This document shows positions 9,886-19,794 of a DNA stretch of 64,000 bases, one piece after another; the stretch's first letter is position 1, and each line of letters opens with the position of its first letter. This DNA is from an uncultured Dictyoglomota bacterium (GTDB taxonomy: Bacteria; Dictyoglomota; Dictyoglomia; Dictyoglomales; Dictyoglomaceae). The notes under the pieces were generated by a model. That model was given only the letters and a program-made list of their open reading frames with translations. It did no database searches and was not told where the DNA came from. Location of the stretch: contig CAZZIO010000022.1 in NCBI GenBank assembly GCA_964654465.1, forward strand, positions 32,001 to 96,000. The letters are read 5' to 3'. The position numbers and the translations under genes were made by a program.

Positions 9886-10680
9886 TTGGATATTTTTCAA
9901 TATTCTTTTATGCAAAAAAGTATTTTAGCTGGTATATTTATAAGTATAATTTCAAGTATTATAGGCATCTATATTCTCTTAAGAGGGATAACCTTCATGG
10001 GGGCAGGAATAAGTCATGCGGTATTTGGGGGGTTAGCTTTTGGTTATCTACTCAATATAAACATGACTTTAACATCTATAATATTTACTATAATAATATT
10101 ATTAAGTATGCCATATATAACTAAAAAATCAAAATTAAAAGCAGACGTACCAATAGGTATTTACTTTTCCTCCTCTATGGCTTTAGGAGCATTGCTTTTA
10201 AGTTTTCATAAAGGTTACACAACTAATCTTTTTAGTTTCCTTTTTGGAAGTATTCTCTCTATAGGAGACCAGGATCTTTTTCTAACAATTACATTTACAA
10301 TTTTTCTTTTGTTCTTTTCTTATAAAAATTATTGGAAGATTTTATTTATTATCTTCGATGAAGAATCTGCCAAAGCCTCTGGAATAAACACATCCCGTTT
10401 AGAAACCTATATATTAATCCTCACTGGTATAGCCATTGTACTTATAAGTAAACTTGTTGGCATCATCTTATCTTCAGCTTTAATTATTATTCCTGTAGCT
10501 ACTTTAATACCTTTTATAAAAGACATAAAAAAATTAGCAATCTATACCATATTATTTACCTTTTTAAATATCTTATTGGGATTAATAATTTCCTACCACT
10601 TTGATACACCTTCTGGCTCCACTATCGTTATGCTTGGAACTCTTGTTTTCTTTATCTCCCTATTTTTTTCAAAAAAATAA
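9886..10680 (+). CDS. znuB: Zn/Mn ABC transporter permease
   Basis: Hydrophobic; SHAVFGG, FLFGSIL and FDEE motifs; operon context. Confidence 0.85.
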   Translation: MDIFQYSFMQKSILAGIFISIISSIIGIYILLRGITFMGAGISHAVFGGLAFGYLLNINMTLTSIIFTIIILLSMPYITKKSKLKADVPIGIYFSSSMALGALLLSFHKGYTTNLFSFLFGSILSIGDQDLFLTITFTIFLLFFSYKNYWKILFIIFDEESAKASGINTSRLETYILILTGIAIVLISKLVGIILSSALIIIPVATLIPFIKDIKKLAIYTILFTFLNILLGLIISYHFDTPSGSTIVMLGTLVFFISLFFSKK

Positions 10681-10682
10681 AA

Positions 10683-11897
10683 TTACCTATAAGTTTCTTC
10701 TTCCGCCTTCTCAAATATTTTTTTAAGCAAAGTCTCTTCTATTACCTCTGCTGCAGCTCCTATAGGTCCTGTTAAACCACCTAATTTAGTAGTAATAATC
10801 TCTGGTATAGGAGGAAAGGCATGAAGATTTACTACTCTCTTTACAGGATCCAAAAGAAGCTCCTCTGCTTTGGAAAGTCCTCCAGCAATAATAACAATTT
10901 CAGGATTTAGTATATTTATAAGATTAGCAATACCTATGCCTAAATAAGTTCCAAGCTCTTCAAAAATATTAAGAACAAATCTATCTCCAGATTTCCCAGC
11001 CTCAATAATCTCATCTAAAATCTCATCTCTACTCTTATTTTCCAAATTCACCTTCGTATATGCATTCTTGCGAATACCTTCTAATATTTTTTCATAGAGC
11101 ACCTGCGTTGAAACATAACTCTCTAAACATCCATAACTTCCACATTTACATTTATTTCCATTTTTCTCTATAATTGTATGTCCAAACTCCCCAGCTCTAT
11201 CATCAGGTCCCCTATAAATTTTACCATCAAGCACTAAGCCTGCACTCACACCACTTCCTACCCTTACACATATGAGATTATCCTTACCAATACCAGCACC
11301 ATACCAAAGCTCTCCATAAGTGACAGCTTTTACTATATGTTCAATAAAAATAGGTACTCCCTCTATGTATTTAGAAAGATATTCCTTTATTTTTACATTT
11401 CTCCATCCAAGATTCGGCGAAAACAAACACACTCCTTCCTTTCTATTTATTGTACCAGGTACAGCTAACCCAACTCCAATAATATCCTCCTTATTTACTC
11501 CATCAATCAAAGAACGATATATATTAACTACTCCATTCAAAACCATATCTACATCATTGTTATATAAGACAATACTCTCTTTTCTCAAAACTCTCCCAGA
11601 AAGAGCCATTAATATGCCTGTAATCTTATCCTTCTCTATCTCTATTCCTATAGGATAATAACCTACCTCATTAAGAGTAAGTTCTATAGGACGCCTGCCA
11701 ACTTTTGTTACCTGGGCAGGACTTTCCTTTATTATCCCCACACTTATTAGATTTTCCACAATACTAGATACTGCAGAAGGACTTAATTTTGTAATCTTAG
11801 AAATGTCATAACGAGATATAGGCCCCATTCTTCTTATGGTATCAAGTACCAAAGATATATTAGCAATTCTCATACTTTTTATATTTACAGGTTTCAA
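10683..11897 (-). CDS. ROK-family transcriptional repressor
   Basis: HTH, GRRP, and AGEFGH...CKCGSYGCLE. Confidence 0.9.
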   Translation of the reverse strand: MKPVNIKSMRIANISLVLDTIRRMGPISRYDISKITKLSPSAVSSIVENLISVGIIKESPAQVTKVGRRPIELTLNEVGYYPIGIEIEKDKITGILMALSGRVLRKESIVLYNNDVDMVLNGVVNIYRSLIDGVNKEDIIGVGLAVPGTINRKEGVCLFSPNLGWRNVKIKEYLSKYIEGVPIFIEHIVKAVTYGELWYGAGIGKDNLICVRVGSGVSAGLVLDGKIYRGPDDRAGEFGHTIIEKNGNKCKCGSYGCLESYVSTQVLYEKILEGIRKNAYTKVNLENKSRDEILDEIIEAGKSGDRFVLNIFEELGTYLGIGIANLINILNPEIVIIAGGLSKAEELLLDPVKRVVNLHAFPPIPEIITTKLGGLTGPIGAAAEVIEETLLKKIFEKAEEETYR

Positions 11898-12095
11898 CTT
11901 CTATTGACCTCCAATCAAAAATTTTTTTTACCATAAAAAATTATATTATTTTTTATAAATTAAAGTCAATAAAATAAATACAATTCAAGAATTATAAGAG
12001 GATAATAAAAGAATATCTTTTTACATCTGTATTATTTAACCTAAGCGTAAAAATTATCCATTGTGATAATATATAAGGAAGAAAGGAGGTAAAAA

Positions 12096-12956
12096 ATGGA
12101 AGAAAAGATTTTATTGAAACTTCAGAGAAACGAAATAACCGAACACAATATATATAAAATTCTTTCAAAAGGGTTAAAAGATAAAAAAAATAGGGAAATA
12201 CTTTTAAAAATTTCTCAAGATGAGTTTGCCCACTACAACGTACTAAGGAAAATAACCCAAAAAGATTTAAATCCTAATAAATTTAAGCTTTACTTGTATC
12301 TCTTTCTTACAAAGATTTTTGGTTTTACCTTTGTACTCAAACTTATGGAAAAAGGAGAGGATAAAGCAATAGAAAGCTATAGAAAAATTATTAATAAGTA
12401 TCCACAAATTAATGAAATCCTTGATGATGAAAAAGAACATGAACAGAAATTATTAAATACCTTAGATGAAGAGAGATTAAACTATATTGGATCAATGGTT
12501 CTTGGATTGTCAGATGCCTTAGTGGAACTTACAGGTACCTTAGCAGGTTTAACCTTTGCCTTCCAAAATACAAAGCTTATATCCATATCTGGATTAATAA
12601 CAGGAATCTCAGCTGCATTATCAATGGCAGGATCAGAGTATCTCTCTTCGAAAGCAGAATCTTCTGAAAGAAATCCTTTGAAATCTGCAATAACCACTGG
12701 AATAACATATATTATGACAGTTTTAATTCTAATCCTTCCCTACTTAATAACACAAAATTATATCCTTGCTTTAATTTTAACTCTTCTTTTTGCAGTCATT
12801 TTAGTTGTAATCTTCAATTTTTATATATCAGTTGCAAAGGACTATGAGTTTAATAAAAGATTTTTAGAAATGACAATTATTATCTTTTCTGTATCCTTTA
12901 TAAGTTTCTTAATAGGGGTTTTTGTCAAAAAGGTTTTAGGAATCAATATAGATTAA
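12096..12956 (+). CDS. Rubrerythrin/ferritin-like domain fused to a VIT1/CCC1 membrane domain (MbfA-like)
   Basis: Di-iron E...ExxH...E...ExxH; GLSDALVE and SMAGSEYLS VIT1 motifs. Confidence 0.85.
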   Translation: MEEKILLKLQRNEITEHNIYKILSKGLKDKKNREILLKISQDEFAHYNVLRKITQKDLNPNKFKLYLYLFLTKIFGFTFVLKLMEKGEDKAIESYRKIINKYPQINEILDDEKEHEQKLLNTLDEERLNYIGSMVLGLSDALVELTGTLAGLTFAFQNTKLISISGLITGISAALSMAGSEYLSSKAESSERNPLKSAITTGITYIMTVLILILPYLITQNYILALILTLLFAVILVVIFNFYISVAKDYEFNKRFLEMTIIIFSVSFISFLIGVFVKKVLGINID

Positions 12957-12957
12957 G

Positions 12958-12982
12958 AAGGGGAAGCTATAAGCTTCCCCTT
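12958..12982. terminator. Stem-loop between convergent genes
   Basis: AAGGGGAAGCT-ATA-AGCTTCCCCTT. Confidence 0.7.
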
Positions 12983-14612
12983 AAGATAAAACCCCTACTT
13001 TTCTCCCACATCTATTTGCCACACAATATTTTTCCTTAAAATGGTTTATAAATTCATCCTTAAAATATCTAATTGCAGAAACCACAGGAAGATGTACCGA
13101 TTGTCCTAATGGACAGAAGGATGTATCCTTCATTACAAGACTAATATTTACCATTTCATCTATATCCTCTTTAGAACCCTCTAAATTAGCAAACCTATTT
13201 ATTATTTCTACCAATCTCTTAGTACCAACTCTACAAGGAGTACACCTACCACAAGATTCATGCTCAAAAAATCTTAAAATACTCTTCAACATATCTACAA
13301 TACATGCTGTTTCATTCATAACTAATATAGCCCCAGATCCAAGGACTGCTTTATATTCTTTTAAGTTTTCAAAATCCATCTTAACATCAAGCATTTCCTC
13401 TCCTAAAAAGGCACCAGCTGCTCCCCCTACTAATGCACACTTAAACTTTTTCCCATCCTTTATCCCGCCACCATATTGGAAAATTATCTCTCTCAAAGGA
13501 GTACCCATCTCTACTTCTATAAGGCCTGCATTTATCACATCTCCTAAAATGGTATAGACCTTAGTGCCTGGACATTTTTCTGTTCCAAATTGCCTAAACC
13601 ATTCAGCTCCATTTCTTACAATATCAGGAATATTAGCCAATGTTTCCACATTGTTCACTACAGTTGGCTTATTTCTCAATCCCTGAGAAACAGGATAAGG
13701 AGGCTTTATTCTTGGTACTCCTCTTTTACCCTCCAAAGATTCTATTAAAGCTGTTTCTTCTCCACAGATATAAGCACCTGCTCCCTTCCTCACCTCTATA
13801 TCAAAGGAAAAATTACTACCAAGAATATTATCTCCAAGAAGTCCATAATCTTTTGCTGTTTGGATAGCTTTCTGCATACGATCTATGGACAATTTATATT
13901 CCCCTCTAATATAAATATATCCCTTCTTAGCTCCTACCGCATAACCAGCAATAGTCATGGCTTCAACTATTCTATAAGGATCACCTTCTAAAATTAATCT
14001 ATCTTTGAAGGTTCCCGGCTCTCCTTCATCAGCATTACATATAACATATTTTTCATCTGCAGGAATTTTATAAGTAAATTCCCATTTCAAACCTGTGGGA
14101 AAACCTGCTCCTCCTCTACCTCTAAGTCCTGAATCTTTAACCACTTTTATTACATCTTCAGGTTTCATTTCAAAAATAGCCTTAGTTAGGCCATCAAATC
14201 CATCAGAAGCTATATATTCTTCTATACTCTCGGGATTTATCACTCCACTATTTTTAAGTACAATCCTTACTTGTCTCTTGGTTAACCCAACCTCTTCCTT
14301 TACTACTACTGATGGGGTAGTAATTTCTTCTATCATAAGTCTTTTTAAAGGTCTTCCTTTTACAAAATGTTCCTCTACCAATTCTGGAATATCTTCCGGT
14401 TTTACATTGCCATAATAAACTCCTTCAGGATAAACCACCATTACTACACCTTTCCCAATAATTCCAAGAGGACCTGTTTCAATTACTCCTACTTCCTTAT
14501 CAATACCCCTTTTTCTTAATTCATTTATCAAAGCTTCTTCTACAGCTTTTGCTCCTGCCAACAAAGTGTTTGCATCTATGGATATCAAAACATGACTTCT
14601 TACTATACTCAT
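12981..14612 (-). CDS. NuoF/HydB-like NADH-binding flavoprotein (diaphorase) subunit
   Basis: GLRGRGGAGFPTGLKW, NADEGEPG, GAYICGEETAL, and ESCGRCTPCR...CPLG. Confidence 0.9.
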   Translation of the reverse strand: MSIVRSHVLISIDANTLLAGAKAVEEALINELRKRGIDKEVGVIETGPLGIIGKGVVMVVYPEGVYYGNVKPEDIPELVEEHFVKGRPLKRLMIEEITTPSVVVKEEVGLTKRQVRIVLKNSGVINPESIEEYIASDGFDGLTKAIFEMKPEDVIKVVKDSGLRGRGGAGFPTGLKWEFTYKIPADEKYVICNADEGEPGTFKDRLILEGDPYRIVEAMTIAGYAVGAKKGYIYIRGEYKLSIDRMQKAIQTAKDYGLLGDNILGSNFSFDIEVRKGAGAYICGEETALIESLEGKRGVPRIKPPYPVSQGLRNKPTVVNNVETLANIPDIVRNGAEWFRQFGTEKCPGTKVYTILGDVINAGLIEVEMGTPLREIIFQYGGGIKDGKKFKCALVGGAAGAFLGEEMLDVKMDFENLKEYKAVLGSGAILVMNETACIVDMLKSILRFFEHESCGRCTPCRVGTKRLVEIINRFANLEGSKEDIDEMVNISLVMKDTSFCPLGQSVHLPVVSAIRYFKDEFINHFKEKYCVANRCGRKVGVLS

Positions 14613-15070
14613 AAATTCCCCCTCTTTTCCTCCAAGATTTTATCAATCTTCTCAAAGGTAAGATTTCCATAAACATCATCATTAATCATCATAGCAGGAG
14701 CTACCGCACATACCCCAAGACAGCTTGTAAGTTCCAAAGTAAAAAGTCTATCAGGAGTAGTTTCTCCAACCTTTATCTTCAATTTTCTTTCTAAATATTC
14801 TAAAAGGGACTCAGATCCAACTAAATGACATGGGGGTGAATCGCACAATCTTATCACATATCTTCCCCTTGGTTTTAAACTAAACATGGAGTAAAAAGAT
14901 GCCACACCTTCCACATAGCTCACAGGAAGATCTAAATATTCTGCACATAGTTTTATATCTTCTGGAGTTAAATAATTATAAGGGTTGCTATCTTGAAGGG
15001 CATGGAGAATCTCAATAATATAATCCGGATTTTTGGGAAAACTTTTAAGAATCTCCTCTTTTGTCTTCAT
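14609..15070 (-). CDS. NuoE/HydC-like [2Fe-2S] subunit
   Basis: SFYSMF, CDSPPC and CLGVC motifs. Confidence 0.9.
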   Translation of the reverse strand: MKTKEEILKSFPKNPDYIIEILHALQDSNPYNYLTPEDIKLCAEYLDLPVSYVEGVASFYSMFSLKPRGRYVIRLCDSPPCHLVGSESLLEYLERKLKIKVGETTPDRLFTLELTSCLGVCAVAPAMMINDDVYGNLTFEKIDKILEEKRGNL

Positions 15071-15133
15071 ATTTTACAACCCCCAAATTTTATGTTTCCT
15101 TTTAAATAGTGTAAAATATAACGATTTAATCTG

Positions 15134-17071
15134 TCAATAATTTTCCTCTATCATTTCCTCTTTTATAACCTCTATCATAATTTCGGCTATTTGAGGATCA
15201 AACTGTTTTCCCTTATTTTTCTCTATCTCTAAAATAGCCTCCTCAAAAGTCATCGCTCTTTTATAAGGTCTTTCACTGGTCATAGCATCAAAAGCATCAG
15301 ATGTTGCAATAATTCTCGACTCCAATGGAATTTCATATGAGGATAATCCATCAGGATATCCTAACCCATCCCACCTCTCATGATGATATCTAACAATTTC
15401 TGCTAAATCTCTAAATTCATCTACCTGTTTTAATATCTCCTCACTTTTAATAGGATGGATTTTTACAATTTCAAATTCCTCCTGCGTTAATCTTCCATTT
15501 TTATTTAAAATACTTTGAGGAATATAAATTTTACCTATATCATGTAATAATGATGCCCAATATATCTTCTTAATTCTTTCCGGAGATAAAGCAAGCTTTT
15601 CTGCAACCTTTACAGCATATTTAGCAACCCTTTCAGAATGCCCCTGAGTATACTTATCATAGTATTCAAGAGTCTTAATAAGAAGAGTTACCATTTTGCT
15701 TAAATAAACTTCTCTTTCCCTAATATGTACTCTTATACCATAAAATGCTGAAATAATATTTCCAAACTTTTCAAGTATTTCCACATCCTTTTCATCAAAG
15801 GAATATATACTTTCCTTTGGAATAACACAAGCCAAATAACCATATATTTTTTCTTGCCATTTAAGAGGGTATAAAAGCATCTCTTTCATATTTATATCCT
15901 TTAAAAAACTTGGCTCTCTTACTAATGTAATATTTTGTATATTCAAAATGTTATTACTTTCTTCTTTTGAAATTAATAATCCTTCCAAATTATTATCATA
16001 TCCATTCATGGCTAAAATCCTTAAAGAATCCATATGTCTATAAAAAAATACACCATAAGTATCTTTACCCAAGATTTTAACAATAATCTGTAATACTCTC
16101 TTCACAAAGTCATAATCCTTCAAATCTATGCTTGAAATATAAGATACATTTCTTATAAAGAATTCAAATTTGTCAATTTGTTCTCTGAGTTTATCATGAA
16201 CTCTTTTCAATTCTTTTGTAGCTTCTCTTACTCTAATAGAGAGAATTCTATTATACGAAAGAACAATGATTAATATGGAAAGTCCAATAATCACAATATA
16301 TAGAACAATTTTAGGAAGAATTGAAGGAACTTCTTCTTTAAATGAATATTTTTCTAATAATCTATCCATATCTTCTTGCGGTATTTTAGACAATCCCTCA
16401 TTAATAACAGATACAATATGGGCTTTATTTTTAAGAGAAGCCACATAAAGATAGTTTGTATATATTACAGGCCCTTTAAAAAATTCATAAATCAAATCAT
16501 ATTTGGTCAAATAATAGAAAGCAGGTGGATCATCCATGATAAATACTTTTATTTCATCCTTTTTAGCAGAAAGTATTATATCAGAATAATTACTATAAAA
16601 CTTAAAATTAACCTGCGGATTCTGTAAGAGAAAAATCTCTATTAAAGCATCGCCTCTTTTTGCCCCCACAATAAAGGGTGTAACATCCTTTGGATAATTT
16701 ATTTTTGGTATACTTTTATGATAATAAATACTTGATGTAACCTTAAAAATCGGTTTAGAAAAAATTAAATACTTTTCTCTTTCAGGCGTTTTAAATATGG
16801 TATCTATAGCATCAACTTTTCCTTCAAAAAGTATATTTTGGGCTTTACTCCATTCTTCTGGAATAAGCTCTATTTTTATTCCTGTCTTCTCACTCCATAT
16901 CTTCCAAAATTCTACTGATATTCCTACTAGATTTCCTTTCTCATCGATGTATGTAAAGGGAGGATAATCTTTATCTGTAATAATTTTTATAGAATTATTA
17001 GAAGATATAGGGGGTGCAATAAGACAAAATATTAATAATGTAAGAAGACATCTAAAAAATTTTAACTTCAT
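15134..17071 (-). CDS. HD-GYP phosphodiesterase with an extracytoplasmic solute-binding domain, a TM helix and a GAF-like domain
   Basis: DYPPF PBP domain; HSERV, LLHDIGK and HHERWDGLGYP motifs. Confidence 0.9.
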   Translation of the reverse strand: MKLKFFRCLLTLLIFCLIAPPISSNNSIKIITDKDYPPFTYIDEKGNLVGISVEFWKIWSEKTGIKIELIPEEWSKAQNILFEGKVDAIDTIFKTPEREKYLIFSKPIFKVTSSIYYHKSIPKINYPKDVTPFIVGAKRGDALIEIFLLQNPQVNFKFYSNYSDIILSAKKDEIKVFIMDDPPAFYYLTKYDLIYEFFKGPVIYTNYLYVASLKNKAHIVSVINEGLSKIPQEDMDRLLEKYSFKEEVPSILPKIVLYIVIIGLSILIIVLSYNRILSIRVREATKELKRVHDKLREQIDKFEFFIRNVSYISSIDLKDYDFVKRVLQIIVKILGKDTYGVFFYRHMDSLRILAMNGYDNNLEGLLISKEESNNILNIQNITLVREPSFLKDINMKEMLLYPLKWQEKIYGYLACVIPKESIYSFDEKDVEILEKFGNIISAFYGIRVHIREREVYLSKMVTLLIKTLEYYDKYTQGHSERVAKYAVKVAEKLALSPERIKKIYWASLLHDIGKIYIPQSILNKNGRLTQEEFEIVKIHPIKSEEILKQVDEFRDLAEIVRYHHERWDGLGYPDGLSSYEIPLESRIIATSDAFDAMTSERPYKRAMTFEEAILEIEKNKGKQFDPQIAEIMIEVIKEEMIEENY

Positions 17072-17120
17072 ATTAATCTTAATTTTATCATGTTTTATGC
17101 TATAATTTTACCATAAAAAT

Positions 17121-17801
17121 ATGAATTTACTGCTAATATCTATAGCTCCAGGAATTGCCATCTCTTGGTATGTGTATCATAAAGATAGATGGAATAAAGA
17201 ACCATCAAAAACTATAATTTATGCATTTATATTAGGAGCCCTCGTATCTTTTCCATCTGCATTTTTAGAAGTTGTTATAGATTTACTTAATTTATTTAAA
17301 CCACACAGAGATTTAGCCTCCCTTTTTATATATACATTTTTCGGAATTGCACTTATAGAAGAAGGAGCAAAGTACTACGTCATTTATAAATTTATCTATC
17401 CCAAAGAAGAATTTGATGAACCCTTTGATGGTATTGTTTATTCGGTAATGGTTGGTATGGGATTTGCCACAGTAGAAAACATATTCTACGTCCTACCGGA
17501 AGGATATGTGGTAGGTTTTACAAGAGCTTTTTTGGCTGTACCTGCCCATTTTGTTATGGCTCTTTTTATGGGATATGCATTTGGACTTGCAAAGTTTGGT
17601 GTTAAGCCTGAAAAACATCTAACACAAGCATTATTCTACCCAGTTTTTTGGCACGCACTTTACGACTTTTTAATTTTGACAAATATATGGTATCTTTCCA
17701 TCCTTATTCTACCAATTGTATATATAGTGGGAAGGTGGATATGGAAAAGAGGACAAAGGCTGATTATAAATGAAAAAGGGGAGGAAAGTAAATATGATTA
17801 A
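17121..17801 (+). CDS. prsW: PrsW-family intramembrane metalloprotease
   Basis: IEEGAK, GFATVEN, AH and H motifs. Confidence 0.88.
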   Translation: MNLLLISIAPGIAISWYVYHKDRWNKEPSKTIIYAFILGALVSFPSAFLEVVIDLLNLFKPHRDLASLFIYTFFGIALIEEGAKYYVIYKFIYPKEEFDEPFDGIVYSVMVGMGFATVENIFYVLPEGYVVGFTRAFLAVPAHFVMALFMGYAFGLAKFGVKPEKHLTQALFYPVFWHALYDFLILTNIWYLSILILPIVYIVGRWIWKRGQRLIINEKGEESKYD

Positions 17802-18510
17802 AGCAATACTCTTTGATCTTGATGGCACCTTACTATATAGTGATTTAGAATTATTTACCAAACATTATTTCTCTATGTTAAGAGAAGAATTTAAGAAAAT
17901 AGGAGATGCAGATTCTTTATTTAAAAGTTTAAATATAGCGGTAACGAAAATGATGCAAAATAGAGGACCTAAATCTAATAACGAGGTATTTTGGGAAGAA
18001 TTCGAAAAATTAGTAAGCATAGATAGAAATATTATGGAAGATTTCTTTTATAACTTTTATATTGAAAAATTTCCAAAATTAAAAGATACGGTAAAAGCCA
18101 GACCAAATCCATACGCAAAAGAAGTTATTGAGAAAGCATTTGATTTAGGTCTCAAAGTAGTAATAGCCACTAATGCAGTTTTTCCACTCATAGCCATAAG
18201 GGAGAGATTAAGATGGGCAGAAATAGATAATTTTAATTATGACTTGATAACCTCTATGGAAATTATGCATGCTTGCAAACCATTTCCTGAATACTATAAG
18301 GAAATCTTGGAAAAAATAGGAGAAAAGCCAGAAAAAACCATAATGGTTGGAAATGATTTACAAGAAGATCTTTCTGCCAGCTCCTTAGGTATTATTACTT
18401 TTCTAACCAAGGATGGACAAATATTAAACGGAGATAAACCAAAGTATACTCCTGACATTATAGGAAAAATGGAGGATCTTTTAGAGATTCTTCCTCTACT
18501 TTCTAAATAA
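17794..18510 (+). CDS. HAD-superfamily hydrolase
   Basis: FDLDGTL, ATN, KP and MVGND motifs; start adjusted to the SD-supported ATG. Confidence 0.88.
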   Translation: MIKAILFDLDGTLLYSDLELFTKHYFSMLREEFKKIGDADSLFKSLNIAVTKMMQNRGPKSNNEVFWEEFEKLVSIDRNIMEDFFYNFYIEKFPKLKDTVKARPNPYAKEVIEKAFDLGLKVVIATNAVFPLIAIRERLRWAEIDNFNYDLITSMEIMHACKPFPEYYKEILEKIGEKPEKTIMVGNDLQEDLSASSLGIITFLTKDGQILNGDKPKYTPDIIGKMEDLLEILPLLSK

Positions 18511-18571
18511 GGCCTTTTGTTTTATAATATTTTTGTATTTGTTTTCTCACAAAATAAGGGAGGTGACAATT

Positions 18572-18778
18572 TTGTTAAGCAAGATATTAATCATTCTATT
18601 TGGTATTATCTGTATTGGATTAGGCCTATGGGGGCTCATAGTTTGGTGGTCCTATTTTCTGAAGGCTTTAATGGCTGGGGTACCAATATTTTTAATTTTC
18701 TTAGGAATAATTTTGCTTATCTTTGGATATACAGAATTAAAAACTATACTTTCGGAAAAAAGAGAGAAAAAAGAATAA
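18572..18778 (+). CDS. Small two-TM membrane protein
   Basis: GGGAGGTGA SD before TTG at 18572; two hydrophobic helices and a charged tail; followed by a terminator. Confidence 0.65.
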   Translation: MLSKILIILFGIICIGLGLWGLIVWWSYFLKALMAGVPIFLIFLGIILLIFGYTELKTILSEKREKKE

Positions 18779-18784
18779 TATATT

Positions 18785-18819
18785 AAAAAGAGGGGGACTT
18801 AATGCCCCCTCTTTTTTTT
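18785..18819. terminator. Bidirectional intrinsic terminator
   Basis: AAAAAGAGGGGG...CCCCCTCTTTTTTT. Confidence 0.8.
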
Positions 18820-18820
18820 A

Positions 18821-19744
18821 CTAATAACCAGCTTCTTTATCTACCACATTGATCATCCTTTCTACATTAGGATACTCTTTCAGATTCTTCAAAAAAATCT
18901 CCACTACCCTTTCATCATAATAAGGAGTCATTCCTGCAATATGCGGTGTTATAATTACATTCTCCATATCCCATAATGGGCTATCATTAGGTAAAGGTTC
19001 ATTATAAAATACATCAAGTAGTGCACATTGTATTTTATTTTCCTGTAAAGCCTTTATTAAAGCCTTTTCATCTACTGTTCTACCTCTTCCCACATTAACA
19101 AAAATAACATTATTTTTCATTTTATTAAATTCTTCTTCAGAAATAAAATTTTCTGTTTCCTTAGTAAGAGGCAGTACTATCACAATAATATCTGAATCGT
19201 TCAAAAGCTTATCTAAATCTTGAAAAGTCAATAACTCATCAGGTTGTATTTTTATATTCTCTTTTTTCTTTTTAAGCCCTATAACCCTTATATCAAAACA
19301 TTTAGCAATTCTTCCTATCTCTTGTCCTATATTACCGTAACCTATTATACCCATAGTTTTTCCAGTAAGTTCATCACACCACTCTATCTCATCTTTATTC
19401 CACCTTTTCTCTATTTTTCCTTTTATTGCCACATTTATCCTACGAGTCCATGAAAGAATTAAACCAAAAACATGTTCAGCAATAGATTTCGGATGAACTC
19501 CACTAGCAGAAGTCAAGATTACATCAGAGTTAATAATATCATCATAAAGCATATGATCCACACCCGCAGATGTTAATTGTATCCACTTTAAACTTTTAGC
19601 TTTCTTGAACTCTTCTTTGTTTAATCCCCAACCAAAAAATATATCCGCCTCTTCAATATTATCAGTTATTTCAACATTTTGACTAAGAGCTAAGATTTTA
19701 TTAATATACTCTTTTTTTAATGGATACCTAACATAAATTTTCAT
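18821..19744 (-). CDS. D-2-hydroxyacid dehydrogenase family protein
   Basis: SAGVD, GYGNIG, NVGRG, LDVF..EPL and TPHIAG motifs. Confidence 0.92.
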   Translation of the reverse strand: MKIYVRYPLKKEYINKILALSQNVEITDNIEEADIFFGWGLNKEEFKKAKSLKWIQLTSAGVDHMLYDDIINSDVILTSASGVHPKSIAEHVFGLILSWTRRINVAIKGKIEKRWNKDEIEWCDELTGKTMGIIGYGNIGQEIGRIAKCFDIRVIGLKKKKENIKIQPDELLTFQDLDKLLNDSDIIVIVLPLTKETENFISEEEFNKMKNNVIFVNVGRGRTVDEKALIKALQENKIQCALLDVFYNEPLPNDSPLWDMENVIITPHIAGMTPYYDERVVEIFLKNLKEYPNVERMINVVDKEAGY

Positions 19745-19794
19745 AGAAACCTCCTTTGAAAAAGAATATCATTTTATGATATAATCTTACCACT

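Noticed and set aside
12981-15070. Calling these respiratory complex I nuoEF
   Set aside because: No other nuo genes; the architecture is HydB/HydC-like
18517-18786. 89-aa + strand ORF
   Set aside because: Alternative frame over the better-supported two-TM protein at 18572-18778
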